From positions 804,077 to 868,076 of the forward strand of contig NMRA01000079.1 in assembly GCA_002633005.1 (NCBI GenBank): a DNA stretch of 64,000 nt. Reading direction: 5' to 3'. Source of the stretch: Phoronis australis. Taxonomy: Eukaryota; Animalia; Phoronida. Shown one piece after another: positions 40,301 through 52,400 of the stretch (position 1 is its first letter; each line of letters starts with the position of its first letter). The position numbers were made by a program, and so were the translations under genes. Below the pieces are notes generated by a model. It made no database searches and was not told where the DNA came from. It saw nothing but the letters and a program-made list of their open reading frames with translations.

Positions 40301-43300
40301 AATGCGCTTATAATCAATTTTGTTTCGACTCTTTATTTGTCTGATGGAGGCATCTTACTGTTTTGCCACATGCAATGATGCTGAAAATCGGGCGATTGGT
40401 TTCAAGCGGTTTCCTGGTGGGTTGATCTAGCTCAACTCAGGTATTTGGGCGTGTCTGGCGGGGCTAACCCACCACTAGATTTGTCTGGCAGTGTTTATTC
40501 GTGATACCTGGGCTTACGGTGAATATTTTGGAACTAGTTTTAGGCGGTTACCTCTTGGATTGATCTAGCTCAATTTTTAACCCTTTTTGATAATCGTCTG
40601 GCAGGGCCACCCCACCACTGAAATTGTCTGGCATCTAACTGTTGTGCCATGTTCAGTGATGCTGAACATCGTGCAATTGGTTTCAAACGGTTACCTGATG
40701 GGTTGATCTAGCTCAATTCTGGTATTTGGGCGTGTCTGGCGGGGGTAACCCACCACTAGATTTGTCTGGCAGTGTTCATTCGTGATACCTGGGCTTACGG
40801 TGAATATTTTGCGACTGGTTTCAAGCGGTTACCTCTTGGATTGATCTAGCTCAATTTTTGTACCCTGTATATGTTCGTCTGGCGGGTAGTCCCCACCACT
40901 GAAATTGTCTGGCAGTGGCCAATTTTGATACAGTGGATTACGTAGTAGGTATCCAAGGCAGTTTGAAGTGGTTACCAGAAAAGTTGATCTAGCTCAATTT
41001 TCGAGTGTAATTCTCTTGGCTCCCCTGACCACACCCACCAGAGCGAACCTGCCAGACGGCCATTTCCAAGCATCAGGATACCCACAGAGCACTGTGGCAC
41101 CAAAGAAAATTGGTTACCTTTTCATGCCCAAAAAAGCTCTGGGATCCCGGTCTAATGTAGGTTCCACTGTATTACGTTTCTCCTACCTGTTGTCACCTCT
41201 CTCATTGTCCAGTCTATTACTACGTTGAAAAGAAAAGGTGACAGAAGACAGTCTTGCTTCATTCCTGTTCTAATTTCAAATGGGTCTGTCATTTCACCGT
41301 CATGAAGAACACGGCAGTTACTTCCTTCGTACATGATTTGACCAGTGTCACTATCTTTTCTGGGATGCCATAATGGCGCATGAACTTCCATAACGTGCTT
41401 CTGTCGATGCTGTCAAATGCCTTTTCAAAGTCCACAACATTGATCAATAGGGGAGAGTTCCATTCCATGGATTGTTCGAGGATGATTCTTAACGTTGCTA
41501 TCTTATCGGAGCAAGATCTGCCTTTCCTGAAACCCGCTTGTTGGTCCCTAAGTTTTCATCTACCATGAACTTGATTCGTTGTAGGATTATCCTATTAAAT
41601 AGTTTCCCTGGTATTGATAGCAGCGTTATCTCTCGATGGTTGTTACAGTTTCCAAGGTCTCCTTTCTTTGGTAATTTTATTAGGTTTCCTTCTTTCCAAT
41701 CGTCTGGAAAGATTTTATCTGTCCATACTTTGTGGAAGAGGTCGTTCAATAACTTTGCAGTTGAAGGGATGTCGGCCAGCAGTGCCTCTAGGGGGATATG
41801 GGCCTGTTCCAAGAAACTGACTTAAGTTCATTTTTTACTTAAGTTTAAGATTTGTCTTATATTCCAAACTTTGAAACTTCCACATTCGGTTAGTTAGTCA
41901 AAATTAAGACAAAAATTATGTCACACACTTAAATCGAAGTTTAGATCTCTTTCTTCAATTGGTTTTGAGACAAATTTAACTTGTATTTTAAAATTTACTA
42001 AAATTTAAGATTTGTCGTAGCTAAGTCTGTTTTGTTGGAACGTGGCCCTGGTCTGGTCCTGCGACTTTTGCTGTCTTTAGGAATATCAAAGCACATGAAG
42101 TTTCATCTAGCGTTGGTGGTTCACAGTCGATTTGTAAGTCATGTCTTGCTTGCATAATATCTGGGGGGTTCTCTGGTGATGGTCTGTTTAGGAGTGCATC
42201 AAAGTGTTCTTTTCATCTCCTAAGGTGACTGTCTTTTCCAAATACTCTTTTCCCGTTTTTGTCATTCACTGGTACCTCTGGTTTTCGATATCTGCCGGTT
42301 AAACGAGACGTATTTTGAAACACTTTTCTCATTTGTCCATTGGCTGCTGCTTCCTCTGTTCTTTCCGTTATGTCGTTCAGGAATTTTTCCTTATCGTTTT
42401 TAATGCTGTTCTTTACTGCTCTGTGGACAGTTCTGTATGCTTCATGTGCCATTGCTTTTTCAGCTCTTGTTTTGCTGTTGTGAACATCTTGCTTCTTTGC
42501 TCTTCGTTCCTCTATTTTACTTAAGGATTCCCGTGTTATCCATTCTTGGTGTGTCTGTTTCCTGTGTCCGAGCACTTCTTGGCAGGTGTCAATGAAGGTG
42601 TCTCTTACTCTTTTCCGCATTGTATTTACATCATTGCTTACTTCCTCGTCTAGGTGCTGCTGTGGTTGGAATTTGTTTGCGAGAGTGAGTTTAAACTCCT
42701 TCCTCTTCTGTTCGTCTTGTAACAGGTTGGTCGCATACTTCAGTCGGTTCCCATTGCTGCCTGCTTTGAATCGTCTCAGCTTTATCCTAAGTTTTGCAAG
42801 CACAAGGTTGTGGTCTGAACCCACATCTGCTCCTCTCATTACTCTCACATCTTCCACTGATTTTCTGAATTTACGGGATATACAGAAATGGTCTATTTGA
42901 TTTTCCGTTACACCATCAGGCGAGATCCATGTGACTTTGTGAATACTCCTGTGTGGGAATGTAGATCACTAAGTTGTTGGCTCACCAGTGTTTCTTCCAT
43001 CTCCCAAGAAGTCAGAATTTATAATCTCCTTTCGTGTTTCTGTAACTAGCTGTTTTACAGGAAGGGGCAGTTGACCCCTTGCCAAACTCCCAACCTGGAG
43101 GACCAGGCTCATCATTTGCAGGCTCGCACTGTATCACGCAGATGAACTGGGCGGTAGGCACCATTCTTTATTTCTCTCTGATAGAGGTTCCCCTGCACCA
43201 CAGTACTTGTGACCAAAGCCAGAACAGACACCGTGCCTAGACATGACCAGAGGTGGCTTCACAACCTGAAGCTACATGCACATGTAGCCATGTTGTATCA

Positions 43301-46300
43301 CAAACTTTTGTACATGAATTGCCAGCTCTGTATCTCTCAATCGACAAAATCTGGGATGGTACACACATGGCACACCCAACCAGTTTTGGATGACTGTTTA
43401 CTAGCGGCACCTGGTGCGAGTCACCGTGCTACTTCCGGTAGGTGGGTCGTCTTCACACTAACCGCAAAGCAGCACCTCTTTGGGGCATTTTTTCAGATCT
43501 GCAGAGCTCATTTTAGATTATTGGTTTACCACTTTCACGTTCTCAATTGATATCAATACCTTTCAACACGCCGTTGACATAAAGTTGGTGAGTGGTTGCC
43601 GACAAGCTCACTCCGAAAGGAGAAGCTCTAAAGACGGCGGGTATCTTGGCGAATGGGGAAACAAGTGGAGTCGTTATGTAGCAAGCAGTAATATGATTAG
43701 GCAGTGTTTCCGAGACAAAAATATACACACTGCCTTCTTATAATCTGACCAATAACCTTGCTTGTTTTGCAGCTGGTTCTGACGCCTGCATTGTGAACGT
43801 CAGTAGCCTTCGCGCCCATAGTGCTGGGCCGGACATGTCTTCGTACAGCGCGTCAAAGGCTGCCGTAAACATGCTTACAAAATGTATGGCGCTGGATTTG
43901 TCATCGAAAGGAATACGTGTGAACACTGTCAGTCCGGGCTTCGTCTGGACCCCAGCAATGGTAAGCTCTTGCACTGTAGTTTCTTCTATTTGGCGGTAGC
44001 TTCTGGGCTACACTTGCTCAATTACCTTAAGCATACACACCTGATTCAGTTCTGTTTTATAACGCTACAATTGTTAGAAAAGACTGAACTCTACCATATT
44101 CCCAGAATTGTGTGAAACTGAGTTAAGTTGAACTTTTGCGGCAACTGATTGCTTATTTGTAAATGGACGTGCGCAGTAAGTTGTCGGGATTTCGACAATG
44201 TGCGTAGTCTTTCATGTAAATCAACACCTGCGGCTATTTTGTCGACATTTAGCCAGAATTAAAGGAGAATGCAACCCGATTTAATTAGTCTTTTTTTGCT
44301 GTCTTAATCGGTCTATATCCACATCGCTTCGAATACGGTCGACCTTATCTTGCCAAGAGGTGTCGCGTTAACCTGTGCGGAAGGTGAGAAACGCTAGCGT
44401 CGTCTGTGGTTCATCTGCAGAGTGAATGCCGCTATGTTGGTGCATCGTTCCTGCTTGTCCGAACAATGCAGCTGCGAGGACAGCGGTTAAATTATTGTTT
44501 TTTCGACTTCCTCGAGAGTCCGAAATGCTTAGAAAGTGGCTCGTGATGGTGAAGAATGAAAAGTACGCTGTGAAACTTAACGTTCCACCTGCGAAGTCTT
44601 CGTCGGGTTCGACTGATGAGCTCTCGTCTAAGTCACACGGTATTGCCCGCATTGCCATGTTGATGTTTGTTACTGAGCGTTCTGTTTCAAAATGAATTAT
44701 TCTCACCCCAACCAATGCTTATATAAAACTTAAACAAAGTCTGCCTCATTAGATGCAATTTCTAATGCCTTTGAAGTGTTCGTGAGTGCAAATGATTTGA
44801 GAAGCCAGCAGTGAATAAATCACTGCCTTACCGGCTTTAGGTGCAATAAAACTAATTGACGGGACGCCGATGCCGTGTGAGCTCATGCTAATTTAAGTGT
44901 TTGCTGGCAAAAACTGTTGTGAAACAACTCAGTCGATTTCCATCCCACGGCCTGGTGTTAAAGGAGTCTTTATTTACATTTACATTATTAAAATAATGAT
45001 TTTCAATGTACAACTTCTGCCCTGACCGTGCTGTGGCCAAAGCGGAACCAGTCGGAATTCGCGGCCCCCGACGAGTAAGTAGATTTATAGTTTCGTGGGT
45101 ACTTCACCAACATCACGTGCACATTACTTTGGCTCACTAGTATAGTATTTTTGGACTGGAAATTTAGTTTCCAACTTTTGCTGGTTCATGTTCGTGATGT
45201 CTGATCAGTTTGCGAGCCACTGGCCGACGGGATAACGAGTCAATCCGGCCGGCCGGCCGCTGCGACGGGCCTGATCGGGCTCCGAGCCACTGGCCAGGAT
45301 AACAAGCGTTTTGTTTGTTTAGAACTCAAAAGTCACAAGTCTAAACAACACAGATCTGGTTCTCCTGTCTGTATCTCACGGTAAATACTTCGAATTTATC
45401 ACCGAACAGACTCCAAACTCCTGCTACGGACCATATTGGCCTTCCAAACTTTGTAGGCTACGGTGTGTCCACATCCGGAATAGCGAAATAAAACGACACG
45501 TTTTTATAAGAGCTCAGTGCATTTTTAAGGGTTTTACATCGAAGTTTGATGATTTATTGATGTTAAACTTTGAATTCAAGCGATAATCTGACTCAGGTAA
45601 CCCGTATTGTGAACTGCTGAACACTGAGACTGCGTGTAAAACCAATTACGTCATTGGATAATTTCAACACCTCCGTCTGCCATCAGGTGTCAGGTAACGC
45701 AACCGTACTTGGCGTTATGGAGTAGAACTACTCGATCTAAATTGATAAAAATTAGGTTGTTTTTTGGGTGACATGCTCCTTTAAACAAGCTTTCAGTCGA
45801 AGAGAAATTAACATTTACGTTTCCTCGAGTTTCGACGTTGTACAGTTTATTTTAAAACTGCTGCACAACCGTTGATTCAGTGATGTGAGGCGGTATAGCA
45901 AACACGAGTGAAACGTTGGGAAACATCGTTTTTGCAACAAACATTAATGCCGTCTATCAACAATATCGGAACCCCTCCTTTAGGGTAAAGTGCCAAGGCA
46001 ACACACGTTGTAACAGGCTTAACTAGTATTTCTTCATCGAGGTTGAAAACTTAGGAAACAACTACGCTCTGATACATCTACGATAAGATCACGATCTGCG
46101 AGACCGCCTCGTATGATTTAGGATAATGTGAGAACTTCATTTTCATTTTTCAGTCTGTTCACACTGTGGAACCACGTGGTGGAGACTTCGAGACGAACAC
46201 AGTTGGAAGACGATATCATATGAACGGGAAAGGATTCATTGAAGCCGCCGGAATCGCGTCTGTCATCGCTTTTCTCTGCAGCAAAGACGCCATGTACATA

Positions 46301-46366
46301 GATGGCGCTGACCTTCCAGTCGACTGTGGATTCACTGCAATGGGACCCGAAGGTCAAGGGAACTAA
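31204..46366 (+). CDS. Classical short-chain dehydrogenase/reductase (SDR), 5 exons, 288 aa
   Basis: Exons 31204-31346, 33005-33225, 34682-34783, 43773-43960 and 46154-46366 sum to 867 nt in frame with GT-AG introns. Motifs: VVIVTGGASGIG, IFD (Asp suggests NAD(H)), VDVSD, LEVN, IVNVSS, YSASK, IRVNTVSPG, G.DLPVD.G. Confidence 0.93.
33005..33225 (+). CDS. SDR exon 2
   Basis: NDGAYVAIFDIN...FYSVDVSDE...VHFLVNCCAYFGGLLT; tttcag / gtgagt boundaries. Confidence 0.9.
34682..34783 (+). CDS. SDR exon 3
   Basis: FTLTSSDTLRKTLEVNVIGVSNMAKACLPFMEK; ttgcag / gtttgg boundaries. Confidence 0.88.
35690..36500 (+). repeat. Subterminal tandem array (~140-bp unit, 6 copies) in left TIR
   Basis: GAG(C/G)TAGATCAA recurs at 35705, 35848, 35986, 36129, 36267 and 36404 (spacings 143/138/143/138/137). 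Confidence 0.85.
36593..39086. mobile_element. Non-autonomous TIR element nested in the Academ-like element
   Basis: Ends CAGGCCCGTAG / CTATGGGCCTG, flanked by TATT on both sides. Its right part is inversely homologous to ~4925-5600. Confidence 0.6.
37005..38156. mobile_element. Foldback/MITE-like element with ~16-bp repeated termini
   Basis: Left end has repeated ACTACTCCGAAGGTTC-like units; right end has the inverse GAACCTTCGGAGTA-like units. Confidence 0.55.
39560..39900 (-). pseudogene. Academ-type transposase fragment
   Basis: TMLDVFFALNRPNYARW...NGAFSVLRTRKNFNRSAVDLSLKQ; homologous to YFLALELQNYARW...FCAIAIDQA in the 56.9-57.1 kb remnant. Confidence 0.7.
40395..41010 (-). repeat. Inverted copy of the ~140-bp array (5 copies) in right TIR
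   Basis: TTGATCTAGCTC recurs five times; reverse complement of the left array. Confidence 0.85.
41801..42048. mobile_element. MITE (PIF/Harbinger-like) inserted in the LINE
   Basis: Imperfect TIRs GGCCTGTTCCAAGAAACTGACTTA / TAAGTCTGTTTTGTTGGAACGTGGCCC. Removing it restores the LINE frame KVAGPDHIPLEAL. Confidence 0.7.
43773..43960 (+). CDS. SDR exon 4 (catalytic Ser and YxxxK)
   Basis: CIVNVSSLRAHSAGPDMSSYSASKAAVNMLTKCMALDLSSKGIRVNTVSPGFVWTPAM; ttgcag / gtaagc boundaries. Confidence 0.93.
44263..45780 (+). mobile_element. Non-autonomous Kolobok-like DNA transposon with THAP remnant (SDR intron 4)
   Basis: TTAA at 44259-44262 and 45781-45784. Imperfect TIRs AGGAGAATGCAACCC / GGGTGACATGCTCCT. 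Internal ORF 44426-44695 begins with a THAP-like CIVPAC...FFRLP...RKW. Confidence 0.72.
44426..44695 (+). pseudogene. Truncated THAP zinc-finger ORF (transposase N-terminus)
   Basis: MPLCWCIVPACPNN...LLFFRLPRESEMLRKWL matches the THAP N-half. The distal CxxHF is missing. Confidence 0.65.
46154..46366 (+). CDS. SDR exon 5 (terminal)
   Basis: ...IASVIAFLCSKDAMYIDGADLPVDCGFTAMGPEGQGN-stop; ttttcag acceptor. Confidence 0.92.
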   Translation, partial: SVHTVEPRGGDFETNTVGRRYHMNGKGFIEAAGIASVIAFLCSKDAMYIDGADLPVDCGFTAMGPEGQGN

Positions 46367-46815
46367 CGGATTTTCTTACAAATTTCCTGACTGTCCACTC
46401 GAGTTTACCGAATTCCCATGCTTTTATTGAAGGCATACTTATACATAGTTAAGTTTCCTAACAGTTCCTTGCAACAAAAACTCCTTTGTTTACATTGAAT
46501 GACAGTGTCTCACATCGTGTAACCATCGTTGGTATTGTGTTTGAAAGAATACTGGTCATGTTCTTGAATTATCAAAGAGCGGGGTCAGGTCCAGTGGTTT
46601 TGTACTCTAAATCGAACTTGCAATTATCATTTCGTACGAACTCACGATTCATGTCAAATATTTTGCGTTCGAGTATGTTATGGTTTATGCATGGTGAGTT
46701 TCTACTCCAAGTTTGCACTTGATCATCCCTAGTAAAAACTTGGTATTACGATTTCCTACTTCAGGGTACTGTTATCCAGATCAAAACGCTTGAATATTCT
46801 GTAATTTGTCGTTAC

Positions 46816-47191
46816 CATGGGCGGCGCAGCACTGAAGAAAGCGGGAGGCGGCTATAGCCCCAGCCCTCCTGTGGTGCAACGCCGATTCACCATGGGCGGC
46901 ACAACGCTGAAAAAAGGGACTATACTCCTCCATCTCCCCAGTGGTGAGCCGCCCATGGTTACTCGGGATCTTCGCCAGCAGAGTAATTGGTTGTGACCGC
47001 TGGAGTTCCAGGCTCAATTCTTGACTCGAAGTATTCTCATGGAGTTATCTGGTCCCAGGTGATGTCCCTTCAACATGGGCGGCGCAGCACTAAAAAAAGT
47101 GGGGGCTAAAGCCCCCTCAACCATGTGCGGCGTAGCTCTGAAAAAAAGTGAGGGGTATAGCCCCCCAACCCCTTATGGTGCGACGCCCATG
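46816..47191. repeat. Cluster of CATGGGCGGCGCA MITE ends (family also at 8329-8590)
   Basis: Several catgggcggc...ctatagcccc units; ccccttatggtgcgacgcccatg is the inverse of 8329-8355. Confidence 0.55.
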
Positions 47192-48559
47192 TTTAACTAA
47201 GAATTAGCATGGTGATTCCAGAGGTACCTCAGCAAGAAATCTTAGTTATGCCGCACTTGACCAATGTTATCATGCTGCCCCGCCACTGGAACTGCAGGGT
47301 TATTTAAGTGTGATATGCATAATGCACACGCACAACGTAACGCATTTAGGAATCGTAAAGCCTTGTTATGTGGGCTCATCTCTTAGTTGCTTCTTTATTG
47401 TTTGTGCAGAACGGGAAGCATACATGTAGGCTTCCTAAGAAGGGATCTCCCGTATAAGTGTTCTTATATACGTGCCGCAAAATCAGATGCTCAATTTTTC
47501 CTCAGATAACGTGATACACTAGAGAATTAACATCAACCAGGTAATGTTTTAGGGTCCGAGTGATTTGGCGTTGAAATTTTTATGTTTCCACTTGGATTGC
47601 TCAGGATGTGCGCTGTTCTGAGTGTGCAGCGCCACCTTCTTTATCATTAGGATTACGGCTGACGGCTTAATAACCAAATCAGAAGGCAGCATCCTTGACA
47701 CACCTTCGTCTGCGTTTCGATGACGCCATTTTACCCGACAAACAATACGTTGTCGAGTAAAACCTATTTTAGTCTGTAGCTCAAGATAGTGTATGATAGG
47801 AATGGTGATACGATGTTGATATGGCATGTGTAATTCTGACAGCTGTTATGCAACTCGAGAAGAATATTCCGTCATTTTGCCTGGGCATCTCCTAAGCCGA
47901 AAAGTGATGTCGAAAGGTTTAAATTATGTATCAAACTGTGGCACGGGCACGTAGTCCAGCAGCTGAACTTGGAAATGTTTCTTGATTACTCAAAAGGTAA
48001 ACACAAATATATTTGTTCCAAAATACACACTTTTCAGCTTGGTGGCTACAGTGTATCTGGTTTTGACTCCGGAGTTTCACTCGTCTGGCCACCTTTTTTC
48101 TCAACACCTGCAGGATCTCAGCACTATAGTCTAGCGATAGTCCCTGAAAATTGTTTGTATTTTTATTATTTTCCAGTTATTTCGACCTATAGACATCGTT
48201 TTGTTTCGTAGCAAAGGTACACTTTTGTCATTAATATACCCGTAAGCTGGCGTTCAAATGAACTTTTTTTGAAAATTGAGAGATTCGATCGGCTCAGGGA
48301 GGGGCACTGGATTACTGCACTCAAAGCTTTGTTCGAGCTGTTGTCACAAAAAATAAACTCTCGAATTACTTTTTGATGAGAATCTCTAGTATACACTTCA
48401 CCTGTAGAGTTAAAGAGAGCTCATTTTATAGTTGTTAAAACACGATATTTAGATTTATGAAGCTTTAAAGAAAGAATTTGAGTTATCTTTGTGAATAACT
48501 ATTTTTGGCAATAGACCAGGCTTGTCATTTTTTGTAACCATACCACAGTTTAATGAACA

Positions 48560-49030
48560 TGCTACGTTTAAAAATAACTGCGAGCTACCTTTATGCAGTG
48601 AAAGTACGAAAAATGCGAAGTTCATCAGAAGGTGAGCCTAACTTAAATGTCTTAATGGTGCAATAAGTGCATTAATTTGGCTTGGACACAGCCCTAGACC
48701 TACCGGAGCTAACTAATTGCCTTGTAGTTGAGCTATAAACCTGAGCTTTTTTAATCGAAATATTTCTTTCGAAGATTAGAAAATCATGAACAGTGCTATT
48801 GACTCGACCTACATGCACTTTACTCGGGGAGTCCCACGGGCAGTTGTGACCTACTTTTCATTTGGCGGATATTAACAGACGGCAGAATAAATATGTCTGC
48901 GAATCTTCACTGATTTTGTTCGAAAAATCATAAATTCTATGACAACGTACAGACAATTCGACTTTAAGGTACATACCCAGCTTTACATGAACATATCGCA
49001 TCATTCAGTGGCCTAGCCATTTGTCAGGTG
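48560..49030 (+). repeat. Interspersed repeat with inverted copy at ~59535-59975
   Basis: Shared blocks cttttcatttggcgga, cagacggcagaataaatat, ttcgactttaag, tggacacagcc and tcttaatggtgca. Confidence 0.7.
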
Positions 49031-49299
49031 AAAAGATGTTCTAAGGATTTTTCGCTGGCTGCGAAATACTATTCCTCGAACACTTATTTTTTCATCGTCA
49101 CTTTTCCAAATTCCCACATCATAAACGAGCACCCCAAATTTGAGAATTGGGCAAAAAGGTCCTCCTCAGCAAAACAAAAAGTCCGAGTAAACGAGACAAA
49201 AGTCCACAATATCCACAGGAATTCCTCGTTGATTTTTTCAATAAAAGGTCCGCATACCGAAAATTTTGAGCCCCCCTATATTTTGGGCTATAATATAAA

Positions 49300-49478
49300 A
49301 AATAATTGCAGGCGGTCTGATACACGTTGTACCAGACGTGCGCAGGCCTCGCATGTGGGCCCATTGCACTGATCACCTGGAAATATGTTTATGCTTTATT
49401 AAAATGTGCTTAAAACCGAGCTGAGGAGCTAGAAACCTAGCTCATGGGTTTAGCGGGGTTACATGGTGGGACTCGGGC
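49300..49478 (-). mobile_element. Second copy of the SINE-like repeat
   Basis: Reverse-complement similarity to 14840-15015. Confidence 0.6.
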
Positions 49479-52400
49479 TAGGTGCGTGCATGTTATTATT
49501 GCTATTTTCCCGGGTACATGTCTGCGACAGGTGGTCACAAATTCCCAAAAGATTGAGATTACACTGTACCACAGGCGTGGAGAATTGCGGTCAAAAGGGT
49601 CAACCAAGTGACAAAAGTGTGTGGAAGCCGAAGCCTCACGCCCCGTGACGTGTGTGTGCTCTATGCTTTTCCATTGAGAGACTACGTAATCACGTTACTT
49701 ATTTGGTAAGTTTTTAGCAATTAAGTTTCTATGGGCATCGCTCAGTGATGTTATGCCCACCAGTTACACCAGTGAATAACGGGTTTATTCAGTGGAATTA
49801 AGTGTTTGCTTTCAGAAACTCACCCGGGAATGCTCCCAATATAAGAGGTGTATGTGACGTGGCGTTTAGAAGTCAAGGGTGAATTTTTCATAGCAGTTAC
49901 TTAACAAACTATGCTATGTGCAATAAAATTCTCTAGATGAGTGAGTTTCCTCATTTTATAGCGGACACCACCCCCAGGAATACCAGATTATAGTTACCCA
50001 ATTAACGTGAATGAGCTATTCTGACAGTAAACTCGTAACATTGTATTGGAATAAATATTGACACTTATAAACACATTTTAGGTGTCATGAAAAATACACA
50101 TTCCTAAATCACTTTTAGCCTGTTTCACATATTTTAATTCATAATTTAAATAAGGATTGGGTACATAAATTATTAGTTTCTGCATATAAACACGAAGATG
50201 AAATGTCAAATAAGTCCTGCTTTACAAAAGTAGTTTTGTCGTGTGTTTTTTATAATTTGCTAATATTTCCCTGCTATTCTGTTAGAAGTGAGAGAAAAAC
50301 CAGCCGCTTAATCGCCTATTTTACCTTTCGACAAAGTGAAAAGCAGTCCTTCAGCAATAACCTGAGGAATTGAACCTCTCAATTCAGAAAGTCAGCCCTT
50401 GCATCGGGAAAATTATAATTGTTTTTAACAAATAATGTTGTTCCGTTGTATGTATGTGGTTGTTCAGTTTCCATTTCGTTTTTAAATACACTGATAATTG
50501 ATTATTCTCAAATCTTGTACATAGCAGGTTCTCATCCAGCTAGCTACACTTGAAAACATACTTTTCTTGCATGTGGAACTTTTGTTGTAGACAAGGTAAC
50601 ACAAAACATTAAACTGTTCAAAGGCCTTCTTAAGAAAGCTCTAAAATAGTTTCACACATAAATCAAATGCAATCAAAGGGAATACCTCGTTTTATCGCCA
50701 GACATTTCTATAGGTCAACAGGAAAATGACAATTCGTAATCAGTAATCACTTCAGCTTCATAAAGAAGCAACACAACTGCTTTAAAACTGAAGAAATATT
50801 ATGGTTTGAATAATTAGTGAATAAATTGTTTGTTAATTTAAAAAAATAATCGATCATTAAAGTGTGACATTAACGGGCTTTTTACAATCGATGCAGCCCC
50901 TGAATGCCATTTCCGCATAAAGCGTACCAAGTTGAATGGTTTTTATCAATAGTATAAAGCCTTTCTTTTGAAAGGAAAAGTTAATGTCACTCAGTGAGAA
51001 AGGACAGGAATTTATAGCCACTAGGATCGAGTTTCAATGGCCTATAGAAGCGCTTGTAAAAATGGTCCAGTTTCTTTAAAGTCCACAATTAGATCCGTGA
51101 AGGTAAACACAACATCATATCACTTGACTTGCTTTGTGCTCAAAATCAAACCCTCAACTAGACCAGAGTGTTACCAGGTCTTCTTTAGCTTCAGGCTCTC
51201 ATGTTTCTTCCAGGTAAGGAAATGAGCCATTGTTGTCCACACACGACTCATTGCCTATGAAAGGACATCCTCACCAATGAGGCTGGCTGGTGTAGCAGTC
51301 AGATATAGTTCGTCTTCACACACAAACAATCCACTGGCACATTTTCGTATGGTAACTTAGTACTTGCTTGTGCATTGTGCCATGCACCACTGCTGGTGTG
51401 TGGACGACATGCTTAGGGAAGAGAAAGGAGTAACAATGCTTGTCTATGTTGCGGCTTGATGTGGTCTGAAAAATGTCACTGAACCTGGAACAAATGTTGA
51501 AACATGAATAATTAAATACGTCAAGTTGGGTCAAAAACGGTACCCTTAATTTTCAGAAATATGATATGGTAACTGCTTTACAATTTCACACAGAATTATG
51601 TAATTACCATTTCAAGAAAGCAAGGGTGTGTATACATGTAAAATAAGTTTTAATTTTTAGAGAACTGCGTCTTTATTTTTCATTCCTGGCTACAACAATG
51701 CTTTAAACGCATCACTTGTCTGCAAAATAAGTAAGTTATTTGAGAAAACTTCAAACTTTTGTTACCCATTTCCAAGCATTTTGATTTTTGATACTTTCAG
51801 CAATTATAAACACCGATTACAGATTCATGGGTTTGTCAAGCACACTTCTGGTCTAAGGCTGAGGGAATCGTCTCTGAGATATTTTATTTTTCTTCTAATA
51901 GAGGATATGAAAATTTGGGTCACTTAAAAATGATGGATAATCTTTCTACTGTTTAAGAGTAATTAAAAATCCTAAGGCATCCTTAATTGCATATTGGCAG
52001 TAAGAACAATTTGTTCAAATATGACCTCACTCGTATGTTCACATCAAAACTGTAACTTTCACATATGAATTTGTAAACGACTTGCAACATTTCAAGGCAT
52101 GAGTTAAGACTGTCCAGTTATTGGGAACTAAGAGAATGTAATATATTTTAGGGTTTTACAATGGATAGCAAATAATTATATGAAACGCGAAAGAACTTCA
52201 TGCAGGTTAAGAATTACCTCACCGTGCTCTTTCTCCTAGACACTATTACCTGTTATTTCCACACATTCAGTTGCACCAAATTTTACAACTCCAACCCCCT
52301 ATGCCGACCTCCCGCTAAGGACCTGAATAAGTAAATTATATACCTTTCTTTAAAAATAGCTGTCCCTTTTCAAAGGCTTTTTTCTTTGTCTCCGATATAG

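Larger units (their letters stand above)
35546..41154 (-). mobile_element. Non-autonomous Academ-like DNA transposon (5.6 kb) with ~750-bp TIRs and 3-bp TSD (ATG)
   Basis: Termini TAGACCGGGATCCCAGAGC...GCTCTGGGATCCCGGTCTA. ATG is duplicated at 35543-35545 and 41155-41157. It splits the LINE RT frame and carries a transposase fragment on the minus strand. TAG..CTA ends, long TIRs and 3-bp TSDs are Academ traits. Confidence 0.82.
35048..43150 (-). mobile_element. RTE-clade non-LTR retrotransposon, degenerate and internally deleted, in SDR intron 3; interrupted by insertions
   Basis: Minus-strand APE C-terminus (FPHRSIHKVTWISPDG...NQIDH...GADVGSDH), GPDHIP, LPKKGDLGNCNNHR, KAFDSIDR, QDCLLSPFLF and QWNL/WTQLDDLDYAD. 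(TGA)n 3' tail at ~35048-35059. The 5' boundary is approximate. Confidence 0.88.
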
